From the human T2T-CHM13v2.0 reference genome, Homo sapiens: a stretch of 64,000 nucleotides of DNA. Positions 27,895-42,690 of the stretch are shown here, piece after piece (the stretch's first letter is position 1; the number at the start of each line of letters is the position of its first letter). The stretch lies in the NCBI RefSeq assembly GCF_009914755.1, contig NC_060926.1. One strand, given 5' to 3'. Made by a program: the position numbers and the translations under genes. Under the pieces are notes generated by a model. It did no database searches, was not told the DNA's origin, and saw nothing but the letters and a program-made list of their open reading frames with translations.

Positions 27895-29260
27895 AGATCA
27901 GAGCAATCCAGTCACATCTTCAGGCTTCACTTTTAATGCTAGTTCTTTTTCTATTTCCACCACATGTACAGAATATTAATTCTTCACTGAAGTCTTGAAC
28001 CCCTCAAAGTCATCTGTGAGAGTTGGAATTAAGTTAATACTTCTTTTAAACTCCTGTTAGTGTTAGTATTTTGACCTCCTACCATGAATCATAAATGTTC
28101 TTAATGGCATCTAGGATAGTGAAATTTTTCCAGAAAGTTTTCAGTTTACTTTGCCCATATCCATCAGAGGATGCACAATCTGTGGTAGCTACAGCCTTAT
28201 GAAATGCATTTCTTAAATAAGACGTGAAAGTCAAAATTACTCCTTGGTCCATGGGCTGCAAAATGCATGTTGTATTAGCAGACATAAAGCCAACATCAAT
28301 CTCCTTGTACATCTCCATTAGAGCTTTTGGGTGACCAGGTGCTTTGTCAATGAGCAGTAACCTTTTAAAAGAAATCTTTTTTTCTGAGCAGTGGGTCTCA
28401 ACAGTAGGCATAAAATATTGAGTAAACAATCCTGTAAACAGATATGCTATCATCCAGGCTTTCCATTTACATCATCCAGGTGGTTCCATTTGCAGAGCAA
28501 AGACAGAGTAGATTTAGCATCATTCTTACGGGCCCTAGGATTTTTGGAATGGTAAATGAGCGCTGACTTCAATATCAAGTCACCACTGCACTAGCCTCTA
28601 ACAGGAGAGTCAGCCTGTCCTTTGAAGCTGTGAAGCTAGGCATTGACTTTCCTCTCTAGCTATGAAAGTCCTAGATAGGATCTTCTTCCAATAAAAAGGT
28701 TGTTTTATCTACATTAACAATCTATTGTGTAGTGTAGCTGTCTTCATCAAAGATTTTAGCTAGATCTTCTAGAGAACTTGTGGCATCTTCTCCACTAGCA
28801 CCTGCTGCTTCACCTTTAACTTTTATGTTATGAAGATGGCTTCTTTCCTTAAACCTCATGAACCAACCTCTGCTAGCTTCCAGCCTTTCTTCTGCAGCTT
28901 CTTTACCTCTCTCAGGCTTCATAGAATTGAAAAGAGCTAGGGCCTTTCTCTGGATTAGGCTTTGGCTTAAGGGAATGTTGTGGATAGTTTGGTCTTCTAT
29001 GCAGACCACTGAAACTTTTTCCATATCAACAATAAGGCTTTTCAAGTTTCTTATCATTTGTATGTTTTCTGGAGTAGTACTTTTAATTTCCTCTGAGAAC
29101 TTTTCATTTGCGTTCACAATTTGGCTGCTTGGTGAAAGAGGCCTAGCTGTTGGCCTATTTCAGTTTTTAACATGCCTGCCTCACTAAACTTAGTCATTCC
29201 TAGTTTTTTATTTAAAGTGAGAGATATGTAACTCTTTATTTCACTTTAACATTTAAAAGT
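27895..29260 (-). pseudogene. Decayed Tigger1 transposase (TIGD1/CENP-B-related HTH plus DDE_1 domain)
   Basis: ORF 28722-29117 ([13 protein letters not shown]...[19 protein letters not shown]-type HTH) and ORF 28079-28453 ([10 protein letters not shown]...LQPMDQG, catalytic region) are separated by stops and frameshifts. Outer limits estimated from consensus. Confidence 0.9.
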
Positions 29261-30093
29261 CATGGTAGAGTTATAAATTGGCTTAATTAAAATATTATTA
29301 TATCTCAGGGAATAGGGAAACCTAAGAAGAGAGAGAGAGAAATAGGGGAAAGGCCAGTCAGTGGAGCAGTCAGAACATGCGACATTTAGCCATTAAGTTC
29401 GTTGTCTGATGTGGGTGCAGTTTGTGGCATCCCAAAACAATTACAACAGTAACGTCAAAGATCACTGATCATAAATTGCCATAACAGATATAAAAATAAT
29501 GGAAAAGCTTGAATTACTTTGAGAATTGGCAAAATGTGACACAGAAACAGTAAGTGAGCACATGCTGTTGGAAAAATGGCACCGATGGACTTGGTCAATG
29601 AGTTACCACAAATCTTCAATTTGTGAAAAGTGCAGGATGTATGAAGTGCAGTAAAGCAAAGTGCAATAAAATGAGGCATACTCAGATATTGATTTTGCAA
29701 TGCTGTATAGTATTCATAAATCTCCTTAGAATACAACGCTTCCTTTTACTTCATCACTGCTGTCTTAAACCAACATGTTGGGTAATAGAACATTTGGAAA
29801 ACATTCAAAACTATTTTGTATCTGTTTCTGTATTTTAAGATTGTGTCAGGTTTCTTTAGATACCACGCATGTATTTTAAAGATTTAAGGGCAGTTTAGGA
29901 TGATATGTTTTCCTTTCAATGTACTTCTCTGTAAAAACCAGCATTGAAATTTTGCTTTAGTACTGTATGAAAATGTGAGGTCAAGTTTTATTTTGTACTT
30001 GTTTAAACAATTGTGTCATAAATCCATGATGTCTGTCTCTCTAAAAGTTTTCGTTCTAAATGTTTGTATCTTTTTTTAAAAAGGAAAAAAACA

Positions 30094-30540
<447 letters not shown>

Positions 30541-32004
30541 TCACTTTGACTATGAAAGGGAGGTCTATCTATCTATGATATAATTTTATTATATGAGCTT
30601 AAGGGCTTTAAAATGATGTTATTATTTTATGTATGATCTCTTGGAGCTGGTTTCATTTCATCATAGCTCTCGTAACTTTCCAAATTGCTGCTTAGGCCAG
30701 CGTAGAAGGATGTAACCTTGAGCAAGTCATTTTACCGATGAAGCCGCATCTCTCTTCTGTAAAATAGGGCACTCAGTAAACACTAATGTATATAGCTATT
30801 ATTTCCTTAGAAGTCATTGAATTATTCGGTAAAAGTAAAAGAGCAAAATAATAATCATGGACTGCTCAACCTTAGATTTCCCATCCATTTCTTCAAAATA
30901 TGCTAACCCAATAATGTGATATAAATCTGTAAGTAGTCAGCATTGTAAACCGTCAATATTTTTATGGAGGTTGGAATAGATATTATGTGCACATTGAAAT
31001 ACAATTACAGCAAGTACTTGATTACTCTGGGCTTGAATAGCCAGTGTCTAGATTGCATCAGCCTTTGTAAAACCTGAATATTCTTCTTCTGGCCATTTCA
31101 CTGTTCATTAAACTATATACCAGAACATGAGCAGTGTGAAGAGATTCAGATAAAATGGAATTCAAACTATTTTTGCCTGTTAGGAAAAAAAAATACTGTT
31201 AATTTTTTAGGGAATTTTAGCTATGGGATAATAGTAAGAGTTTTCTTTTTTTGGTGGGTGGGGGAGGAAATCTGGCAGTGATCAGATTGTTTTACACATT
31301 TAAATTAGGTTATTTATGCTCTACCACTTACTGAAGGTAGTTGTGAGTTTCCTGTAATGTGCTGAATCTTAATTTACACTTTACCATCTGTCTGTGCTTA
31401 AGATTTTAATAGATTTTGCCCTATAGTATCCTCTTGTAGATGAAATCCATCTGTGGGAAAGCATCCACTTTTGTAAATCTACCTAGCCTGCACTATTGGG
31501 TCTCTAAACCAGAGATACAAGTGTTAGTAAAATTCAATAATTTTTATTTTTTAATGCTACCTTGTTTTATTTTATTTTCATAGTGTAGAGCTTTGAATAA
31601 ACATTAATTAGTTGACCTGGTAGCAACAATATTGTGGTAACGATGCAGCTGACAGTATTGTAACATTATTAGTCAAGTCATAAGGCTAGTGTCTTATTAA
31701 CCTGAAAGTTTGATTTCTACATAAATCAGTTTGGCTTTTCTCTTGCAAGAGTAAAAGATGATAACAAATCAAAATAAAACCTACCTTATTGTTTGTTTTT
31801 AGCACAAAATTGCTGCAGTATTTTTTTGTTAACAGTTTTAACTACTTATTTTTAAAAAAGAAGTTCAGGATCTTTTTGTGACATCAAATCTGTACAGTTA
31901 TGCTTTATAAATTATGGATTGAATGTGAGAAAGTTAATAGTACTGAATTAAATTCACATACAACACCAGATGGTATTTAACAAATTTAAGAAATGCAACT
32001 TTTT

Positions 32005-32344
<340 letters not shown>

Positions 32345-33719
32345 TTATGGTCACATATATTTTAAATGTGTATGGATGTTTTTATATATACACATATATA
32401 AGTATGTATATCTCTGTATACATGTAGATTCCCACTGTGTACAGACATATATACAAATACCTATATTTATATGCAATGACACAAATTGTATGTTTGTGCA
32501 TCTTAATGCTACATATAACAAATAAAATGATTATGTAGTTATGTAATATGTAATGATTATGTAGTTATGTATTATCAATATTGTCATAGAGATAATGTCT
32601 GTGGAGTCAGTGTCTGGACAGTGTCTGTGGAGTCAGTTAAACTAAATGTTAATTGGGTCTGCCCTTTACTGCTTATAGGATTTTTCATCTCTTTGAGTCC
32701 CAGTTGCCTCACCTATAAGCTAGTGCATATCAAAAAGGATATCTATGGAAAGTAGATGAGACAACAGGAGATGTTTCAGGCACAGATCCTGGGACTTTTA
32801 AAGGCTCAAAGTTGGTCACTTTCCCTTAGGAGTAAAGCAGTACAAAATTTGTTTGATTCTCAAAAGGCCACACTATGTTACAAATCAGAAAAAGAATCTA
32901 TATGCATGGCTTCCAAAACCATGTGGTTATTCTCCAAATAATCCAGATTTTAGAAGAATTAAATAACTGTAACTATTTCTCTTTTATTTTCCACTGGTAT
33001 TGTCTTTGAGTAAAACAAGAAGATCAACAAAAATATGAAATTACAGATTTTAATAGCCTAGCCAGTGGCTAGGAAAATGGTTTAAGCATGGAGCACACTT
33101 TATCATACTTTCCAATGAGCCAATAAATAGAAGAAATTTTTAAAAATTAATTTGATACATATTTGGAAAGAAAATAGAATTCTCACTTTACCTGTCCAAC
33201 TGGGAAAAATTGCTCCAATTATATATATACCCTAAATTTTATTTTTATTATAGATACCATAAACTGGCATTGATGCGTCCCCTAAAATACTCTTGTTGGC
33301 TCTTGCAGGGGATGTGTGAAGAGATATGCTCCTGGAAGCATGCCCCTTGAGGAGAGGGTGGCCTCTGTGCTACAGCCTGAGGGGCTTTGACATGCTACTT
33401 CTCAGACACCCTTCACACAGAGCCACTACCCCCCACAAAAAGAAGACCTACAAAACATTCACCTGAATTCTTTTTTTTTTAAATATGTTTGCTTTGCCAA
33501 ATAAAAGTCCCCAGGCCACCTCCTTCCACTTAGTTTTTAAGTTCCTCACAAGTTGCAATTTTGTAGTCATCATAATCTTCAGGGTAAATGAGTGCCAAAT
33601 AATCAGACATTTACGTTACAGCAAAACGTAAAATACCGGCAGATTGTAAAGTTTGAAAGATCTAACAAAGAAAAAAGTGACATTGCTAATAAAAATGCTG
33701 TATTGATGAATATCAATAT

Positions 33720-33920
33720 TGAAGGTTCTGGAGTCACATCACAGGTTCAGATTCCTGCTCTACTACTTATTTGTGGTGTATCTTTGAACATGTTACTTAA
33801 CCTCTCTGTGCCTTAGTTCCCTGTCTCAAATGGGGAAAATAAAACCACTGACCTCATAGTGGTTGTAATGTAGTGAGGATTAAATGAGAAATACATGTAA
33901 AACACTTAGCACAGCTAAGT
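33720..33920. mobile_element. MIR
   Basis: TCTGGAGTCA...GTTACTTAACCTCTCTGTGCCTTAG...GAGGATTAAATGAG...AACACTTAGCACAG. Confidence 0.8.
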
Positions 33921-34744
33921 TAAAATAAGGGTTAATTTTTGCCTTAATTCCACTATTATTATGATGTTTATTAAATGTGTTTCCATTGCATAGAACTCAT
34001 GAATGTGCTTGAAGGCTGGAATTCTTTCACATTTTTGATGCTACAATACAGTCAGTCTTTTTACAAAAATGATAGTGATTGTGCAACAGTCTTTAAATGG
34101 AAGAAAGAAAATAAATAAAACACAAGGCATCTCCTTTTCCCATTTTTTAACTCAAACAGTGAAGCTTTATATGGTGCTTTTCTCGATAAAGCACCAGAAA
34201 TAAATTGAATGCTGTTTATTAGCTGGACACAAAGTGTCCTGATTGCTTCAGTTCATCTAGGCATGTAAATTATTCAGCATTCCACACTAAATTGGACTTC
34301 AGGATCCAAGCATCAGTAGGAAGATATTTCCTGAGTAGCTTAACCAAATGTACATGATTGTAATAAGAACTTCTAAGGCAGTCCTACAAGGAAACAAATC
34401 ACTCTGATTTGGTAAGGAAAATGGGGAGTTCCACAAACTTCATATTTTTATCTAGGCACAATTAGCTTACATTCAGAGGGACAATTAAGATGACAGCCTG
34501 CCTAGAAGGGCTTTGCATTTGTTTATTTGTCCTGTTCCTGATACCCACCAGATATTCTATCTTCTTTCTAAATATTATTTTCTTTGCTAAACAAATAGCA
34601 GAGCTTATGCTCTTAGCTGGATCCACACATAACCTTGTGAATCATTTTCAGATGTCATAGAAATGACATAAACACAGAATGTCAGAAAAATATTAGCCAG
34701 AAATGCAATCAATTGTTCAATGATACCATAAGAGACTAAGTGCC

Positions 34745-35130
34745 TGGTACAGTTTGGCTGTGTCCCTACCCAAAATCTCATCTTGAATTGTAATAGCCAT
34801 AATCCCCACAACCCCCATGTGTTATGGGAGAGACCAGGTGGAGGTAATTGAATCACGGGGTGGTTTCTCCCGTGCTCTTCTTGTAATACTGAATGAGTTT
34901 TCATGAGATCTGATGGCTTTATAAGTGTTTGGTAGTTCCTCCTGTGTTCATTCTCCCTCCTGCTGTCTTGTTGAAGAGGTGCTTTGCTTCCCCTTTGCCT
35001 TCCACCATGCTTGCAAGTTTCCTGAGGCCTCCCCAGCCATGCAGAACTGTGAGTCAATTAAACCTCTTTCCTTTCTAAATTACCCAGTCTCAGACAGTTC
35101 TTTATAGCAGTGTAAGAATGAACTAGTAAA
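34745..35130 (+). mobile_element. THE1D-like MaLR solo LTR
   Basis: GTTTGGCTGTGTCCC.ACCCAAAATCTCATCTTGAATTGTA...ATTAAACCTCTTTCC; perfect 5-bp TSD GTGCC at 34740 and 35131. Confidence 0.93.
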
Positions 35131-35189
35131 GTGCCCTAACACATTTTGGTCTTTCTGTGTTTCTAGAATGTTGACTTTTTTCAATCATA

Positions 35190-35430
35190 AGGCTCTTTGC
35201 CCTATAGTCACAAGATAGCTGCTACATGTTCAGCCGTCACATCTATATTCCAGGCAAGAAAAAATAATTGGTAAAGGCTTTCTCCTGAGGATTTTTGTTT
35301 TGATTTAGGAAGAAAGGCTCTCTCCAGGAGATTTTTCCCTAATATTTTCTTAACTAGAGCTGGCTATCACTAAACCTATCACTGGGCAAGGGAAATGGCT
35401 GTGAAGTAGACAGTGGACAGTGTCTACCAT
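35190..35430 (-). mobile_element. Old MLT1-like LTR remnant
   Basis: GTCACAAGATAGCTGC...CATCTATATTCCAGGCAAGAA motifs. Confidence 0.45.
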
Positions 35431-37924
35431 GCCTCTCTTTCACAGATGAGAAAACCAAGGTCTCTTCACCAGAACAGACTTGTGCAAGGCTTCAGAGTAA
35501 ACTGAAGAGAAAAAGATGATCATTTCTGGCTCTGGTGGCTCCCACTCTACCAAACTGTACTCCCTCCATTAATCAATTAAGTGTTTATTGAAATCCTCTC
35601 TAGAACTGTGTTATTATTCCCAAAAGTCAGTCTTAGTTACCTATAAGGAATAATTAGAAATCCAAAGTATATTAATTAATAAATCAGCATACCAGATATC
35701 TGGAAAAATACTTTGTAAAAGATATTTGTTTATTCTTTCAACCTTTACAGAACCTGATATAGATTTAAATGTCAGAAAACTTCTTGAAGCATATTGTTTT
35801 CTTCTCTGCAGCTACTGTGTAGTCTGTTGCCTGCTATTTTCATGGCAACAATCACAAGTTGGACACTCTTTTTAGCTATAACAGGACTAGACTGAATAGG
35901 CCAGCTGAGAGCTATTTTACAAGAAAATTTAGCAATCACTTTGCGGTAATGGATATTGGTTTGTGGCACATCCGTTCTGGTTTCTGCCTTGTTAAACACT
36001 TTAAAACCAGCTCTAGCATACTTAGCTTCTCTTTCTCACCCTCTGGGAACTATAAGTTTACTCGTCTTTACAGTTGGTGGTGAACAATTTTTGATTTTAT
36101 GCTGCTTCAAATGATGGAAAAGGTACTGATTTATTTTAAGGCAAAGTGACAATATAGTTTGTAGATTATTTCAGAATTTTTAAAGGCATTTTTAATAGTT
36201 TAGAGAAAGGAAGCAAACATTTTGTTAATTCCTTATTGTCAATCCCGGGGGAAGCTATAGTGGTGAATTAGTCAACCTTGCATTTTACATTAGAAACATT
36301 TTTAATGTGATTGCTCTTGGTATAAGACACTTAATAAAATGTCATATTTAAAAACAACATCCTGGCCTCTCCTCTGGGACCATCAAACCACACTCAAAAC
36401 ATTGAAGCGGTTCACAACATATATCTTATGGAAAAATGAATATGCAGTGAATCTATATACTTATGATTATAGAAATAAAGTATATGTAGCTTTATAAAGT
36501 AGTATAATGTTTACTCTAAATTTTAGTAGTAAAGAGTCATGAGTTTTGTATTTAAAATATATTATTAGGTCTAGTTTGAAAGCTAATTAAAAGACTCAAA
36601 GAAATAGGACTTTATTGCATATTCTTTCACAAAATTGAACTCTAATTCCTACACTTGATATTTACTCTAAACCTGAAATAATTTTTCTGAAATATTGATA
36701 ATGAATATGAAACAACCTCCTGGATAGTATTTCTTAATTTCTAAGCCAGGGTAAGCCAGATATAGCTGAATGTGTAAAAAATGTTGCAAGAGATCATTTT
36801 TAGATGATTAATAAATAATCAAGATTAGTTCTTGTAGTTAACAAAGGGCTGAAACAGTTGCAATATTCAGAAGTCCCAATAATATAATGGTTTTGTCATG
36901 GATTAAATATTTCTGGAAACACTTCCTACTTGTCACAGTTCTCATAATGTACTTTCACTTGATTTAATATAATTAAGTAATTAAAACTTCTCAAAGTTTG
37001 GTCAGATCTCAGTTTCTCCAAAATAGAAATACTAAATCGTGTGTATAACTTGCATCGGGAATTTTAATATAGGTAGGTTCTCCCAGTCACATTGAGGAGG
37101 TCACCCTGACACCTTCTCATATCATCCCAATTTCATTTTTGTTCAAAGCAAGATCTAATAAGAGGAAGAAAAATGATGCCAATGCTGTCAGATCTCAAAC
37201 ACCATCTGTAAAGTATTCCATATTACCATGCCATTAATTGTGTTGGCATAGGAAGAAAATATTGGATTGGGTACAAAGTTATAGGGCTAGGTAGAAAACA
37301 TACAACTTATCCTTTTTTATTAATGCTATATTTAAGCCTACAAAACTGAAGGGTTTAGTTATTGTTAGACAGAAATAGATTGCATATGGTATCTGTTAGA
37401 AAGCATCATCCCAGTAAGAAAAAGTGTGGTCTTGATGGTGCACTTCTTCCTCACTTTTTATTTTCATCAGTTACTTTTTACTACCTTCATCTATCAATTT
37501 CCATTTAATTCCTTTTAAGGGTAGCATACATAAAACATTATTTCATAGTGCATTATTCACCCTAGAAAGCTCATTGCATTCACTTGATAAGATACATTTC
37601 ATAATTTTTAAAAAGTGATTTCATTTTGTATGTACTTGTCCTTGCATAGAGCCCAAAGAGCTCAGTTCTGTTTTAGAGGACATTGTGATAACTTCCTTTA
37701 TAGGCAGAATTAACGTAGGCAAGCTGCATAATGCTATTTATTTTCAGGATTTGGTTTTTCAGTTTAAGTAAGAATTTTCATTTTAAAGATTAGCAATCTG
37801 GTAGAAAAAATTTCTATGATTTGAGCAAGTTTGCATGTACCGAAATGTTCTCTCTGTGGAAGTCATAAATGGTTTCCTTTCTGGGGAAACCAGAGTATAG
37901 TATGGCCAATTAAGAAAGAAAAGG

Positions 37925-38130
37925 GACTAACTATTGAGACTGTGTGTGATATGCTGTTACTTTGTACACATCAAATTGTTTATTCCACATAATGATCTTG
38001 TGAAGTAGGGACTTACTAAAGTCCAGGTTATTTACCTTCCCTTCAACTTTACAGCTAGCAAATAACAGAACTCCATTTTAAACTGAAGACTCATCCCAAA
38101 GCCATGCCCCACTCAATATACCATACTTAC
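37925..38130. mobile_element. Degenerate MIR
   Basis: ACAGCTAGCAAATAACAGAAC...TTTAAAC...GACTC..CCCAAAGCCATG pattern. Confidence 0.45.
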
Positions 38131-38726
38131 CATACTGCTAGTAAGATTAAATGGCTCAAAGTGCATAAATATACTTTTTGATGTAAGAAATTATTTCTGT
38201 TTTGGAATCATGGGGCATGAAGTTTCTACCAAAGCAAAAAGGTTGCATAAGTGTTTATTGACAGCAAATATTCTAATTTCTTTCTCTACTGTAAAATGTG
38301 GATAAGAACATCTATAAACAAAAATGTCTATAATAAAATAAGAATTAATTATAGAAAGACTTAGCCTTTTAAACTTTTTTTTTGTTGTTATTTACTGTAA
38401 AGTTGTCAATCCCTAACCTGTTATGAACAAAAATGTCTCACAGGGCATTTGGAACTTTTACATGTAACGACTTCCTGCATTCATCCATCTGCTTCTATTT
38501 TTAAACATTGGGGTTTACAGACATTTAGCACAGTGCCAGGAATATAATATATTTAAATAATATTGAATTTATGCTTTTAATAACATCAGGGCTTAGAATG
38601 AAATAAGCAATTCAATCTGTCACCCTTTTTGCATTTGTGTGTTACTACCATCATCTCCCATATAGTCTCTTCTTTTAAAAGTCCTATTATGTGTGTGCCT
38701 AAGACTTATTTTGAGAAATACTTACT

Positions 38727-39048
<322 letters not shown>

Positions 39049-39137
39049 TTAAAATTGAAATTAATTTAGCTGGGAAAAATATTAAGACTATAACAAACAC
39101 TGTTTGACAGCACTGCACTGTCACAAAACAGAGTTAA

Positions 39138-39456
<319 letters not shown>

Positions 39457-39968
39457 TAAAAAGGATGTATTTTTAAGAGGCAGTATGGTACAGCGAGAAG
39501 AGCCCTGTACCGTACATCATTAAAAGAGATCCTGGTGTTGCCTGGTTCATAAACCAGATGCTTGTGTTTATGAATGTATGTATGGAAATTTAAAAATTCC
39601 TGGGCTCATCACCTTTACAAGAACATATAAGATAACATACAGGAAAGTGCTTGGTAAACAATACATTGATTTCCTGATGTAAATGACTGCTCTGATTATT
39701 GTTGCTGTTATTAATAGCACCAATTAATAGTAGTGCTAGACTTAATAAATGATAGTAGTTATTGGCATAACTTCTCAGTTGAAGTCCAAAAAGTGATTTC
39801 AAGTAATTTAAACTATTTTTATGCCTCTATTTATCTTATTTTTGGGCTATCCCTTCTACACTTATTTAATTTGTCCTCATCCCTAAGTGGCGTATTTGAG
39901 AATGTTATCATTGCCTAAATAAATGTATTACATTGAAAAGAAGAAGCATCTCTTAATTTCTTGATAGT

Positions 39969-40176
39969 TAGTGGTATGCTGGTAAAGTGGCTGTCAAGGA
40001 GAGTGGGGAAAGATGTAAAATGCCCTAATTTGTAGAGTTAGCGGATTTCTGTATGTAAATACTACTCCTGTGGCCAGTTTCAAGCTGTCCTCGTGATGTC
40101 ACTGACCACAGAGTTGAGAAAAGAAGCTCACAACTGACTCGAGAGTGGGTGGGAGCTGGGTCCAGCATATACACCG
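39969..40176. mobile_element. MER63A-like hAT MITE
   Basis: TAGTGGTATGCTGG...TGTAAATACT...TTTCAAGCT...GATGTCACTGA...CCAGCATATACACCG with degenerate TIRs. Confidence 0.72.
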
Positions 40177-40651
40177 TGGACAAGGGATCCAATGGGTGTG
40201 TTCAAGATACCTGTTTCACAGTGTAAACTACTGAGAATGAAGGCATGACAGAAATATACAGTTCTATCTCAGGAGATGACCTTTTAGCTCTTTGACTCTC
40301 ATCTTAATACTTGCTTCTGCTTTTTAATAAAGCATTGAAATTCAGTCTTTTGGGTATTCAAATCTAAACTCTCCCCACCAGATCCTGGCTTGGCTCAGCC
40401 TGTAACCCTTGGCAGCTAGGTGGTCTCCAGAAGAAATCCCCTGTTTATTCTGCCTGCTCCAAATTTAGCCCACTACTCTGGCCACAGCGTCCTATATTCT
40501 AGGACTGGTCTTCTCCACTCTCTTCTACCCGAGGGTGTAGGATTCAGACAGATGTAAGCATGGTACCATTGTGAGTTAAGATGGATGCTGCCACAGTAGG
40601 CTGCTGTGAAGAATGCAGACTGGAGAATGAAAGTCTAATAGGTTGGTTTGG

Positions 40652-40927
40652 GGTCGGGTGCAGTGGCTTATGCCTGTAATCCTAGTACTTTGGGAGGCAG
40701 AGGCTGATGGATTGTTTGAGCATAGGAGTTTAAGACCAGCCTGGACAACGTGGTGAAGCGTTGTCTCTACAAAAATACAAAGCTACTCAGGTGGCTGAGG
40801 TGGGAGGACTGATAGAGCCTGGGATGTTGAGGCTGCAGTGAGCTGTGCCTGAATTATTCCACTGCACACCAGCCTAGGCAACAGAGACTGTCTCAAAAAA
40901 AAATTAAAATTAAAAAATAAAATAAAA
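40652..40927 (+). mobile_element. AluJ with internal deletion
   Basis: Left arm joins directly to AGCTACTC; the start of the right arm is missing. Confidence 0.9.
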
Positions 40928-41014
40928 GCTCGTTTTGGGACTAAAATTTTAGATTCATTTCGGTAGCAGGTAAACTGTTACCACAGAATTTAAATACACA
41001 GTAACTATCTGATA

Positions 41015-41120
41015 AATATTATATATATATAATTTATATATGCATTAAATATAATATATACACATTTTATGTATCTATCATATATAAATATATATATTAT
41101 TTTTATATATATATATAATT
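41015..41120. repeat. (TA)-rich low-complexity tract
   Basis: Interrupted ATATAT runs. Confidence 0.8.
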
Positions 41121-42170
41121 TACTTTCTGCCTTGTTTCAGAAGGGATTTAAAGTGTCAGAATTTTAGGGGAGGCATCGAATGGGCAAATATAATCATAAA
41201 TCCTGGTTCTTGGGGCTTCCAACTTCATGTCTGGAAAATAACAGATGATTCATACAGAAGATAGCAAAAGGGTGCCCAGTGCCCGTCATAATCCTATCCT
41301 TCATTTTATAATCCTAGGTCTGATTTTTGGTTTATTTGTTTGTTTTGTATGTTTGCTTCTATTTACTGCCTAGAATTCAACTATGGAGGTTTATTTGGTA
41401 GAATTTATCTGCTAAACAAGGATTTATTACACTTAAAAAATGCACATATTCTGAGAAAGCTAAGATGCCAGCGAATATTCACTCAGTTCAGTTATTTTTA
41501 AAAAATTTTCCACATTCCCGGTGGAATCTGCTATAGGGGAAGCTGTTTTAATGGAGGCCGAGAGTTGGACAATTTTGTGTTATGGAGAATTCTGGGAAGA
41601 AGGAAAGACCCGGATGGGACTGTTTATTAAGGCTTATGACTGGACTGGAGATAAGGTAAATTAGCATTGAGAACATACAGAACCACAGGCAAAGTTCTAG
41701 TTTTTTAGTAATAAAGGGGCTTATCTATACATTTTCAATATGAAGGAGTCAAAATTGAAATTCAGCTTTATTTCTTTACTTCACAACTCAAGTTTATTTC
41801 TTTTATTTATCCATTCAGCATTTGTTAAATTGTTGGATTGTGCCAGGCATAGAGGTACCAAAAAGCATTTTTAGCTCAGATTTGTAGTATCATTCAAACA
41901 TATCAAAAGTCTAGCCAGGAAAACCAAGCGATATTTAATATTTGTCTTTATAAACTGGAGAATGCCAATATTCTACTCCCATCCTTCAAGGATGAATTAC
42001 AAAATCTAGTCACATTCTCAGCATCTGCAGTTTGTAACAGGCCTGGCATCCAGAAAGACAGCCTAGTGGTTGTGTTCTAACTATCCTTTTAATGGTATTA
42101 GTTCTGGAAAAGCTGGATTTTCTGCTTGAAAAGAAATTGAAAAGAGAAAATCATTTTCAGGCATTCTTTC

Positions 42171-42490
42171 TTTTTTTTTTTTTCTTTTCTTTTTTTTTTT
42201 TTTTTAGAGGCAGCCTCTTGCTCTGTTGCCCAGGCTGGAGTGCAGTGCACCATCATAGTTTACTGCAGCCTCCAACTCCCGGGCTCAAGTGATCCTCCTA
42301 CCTCAGCCTCCCAAGTAGCTGGGACTATAGGCACATACCACCATGCCCAGCTAATTTTTTAAATATTTCTTGTAGAGACAGGGTCTTGCCACGTTGTCCA
42401 AGCTGGTATTGAACTCCTGAACTCAAGCGATCGTCCTGCCTTGGCCTCCCAAAGTGCAGGGATTGTAGGCGCGAGCCACTGCATCCCGCC
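42171..42490 (-). mobile_element. AluJ
   Basis: Poly(T) plus dimer; TSD CAGGC(A/C)TTCTTTC. Confidence 0.93.
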
Positions 42491-42509
42491 CCAGGCCTTC
42501 TTTCTTTTG

Positions 42510-42690
42510 AAGATTTGTGGTTCTACCATTTATTTGCTCCGTTGCCTTAGACAAGTTATTTCATTTTCTGTACCTCAGTTTCATTATCTCTGAAGTGGAG
42601 ACAATACTAGGATCTGCATCCTAAATCTGTAAGTATTACGTGAACCTTGTAAAGTTCTTAGCAGTGTCTGGCACATAGTAAGTGCTACAA
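42510..42690. mobile_element. MIR
   Basis: CAAGTTATTTCA...CCTCAGTTTCATTATCT...CTGGCACATAGTAAGTGCT. Confidence 0.75.

Noticed and set aside
33057-33073. Short palindromes (CCTAGCCAGTGGCTAGG here; also 34172-34196 and AGATCTGCAGATCT near 59157)
   Set aside because: Arms of 7-9 bp are about what is expected by chance in 64 kb, with no supporting context.
34605-35057. 150-aa minus-strand ORF
   Set aside because: Mostly antisense THE1D LTR sequence with no protein-like features.
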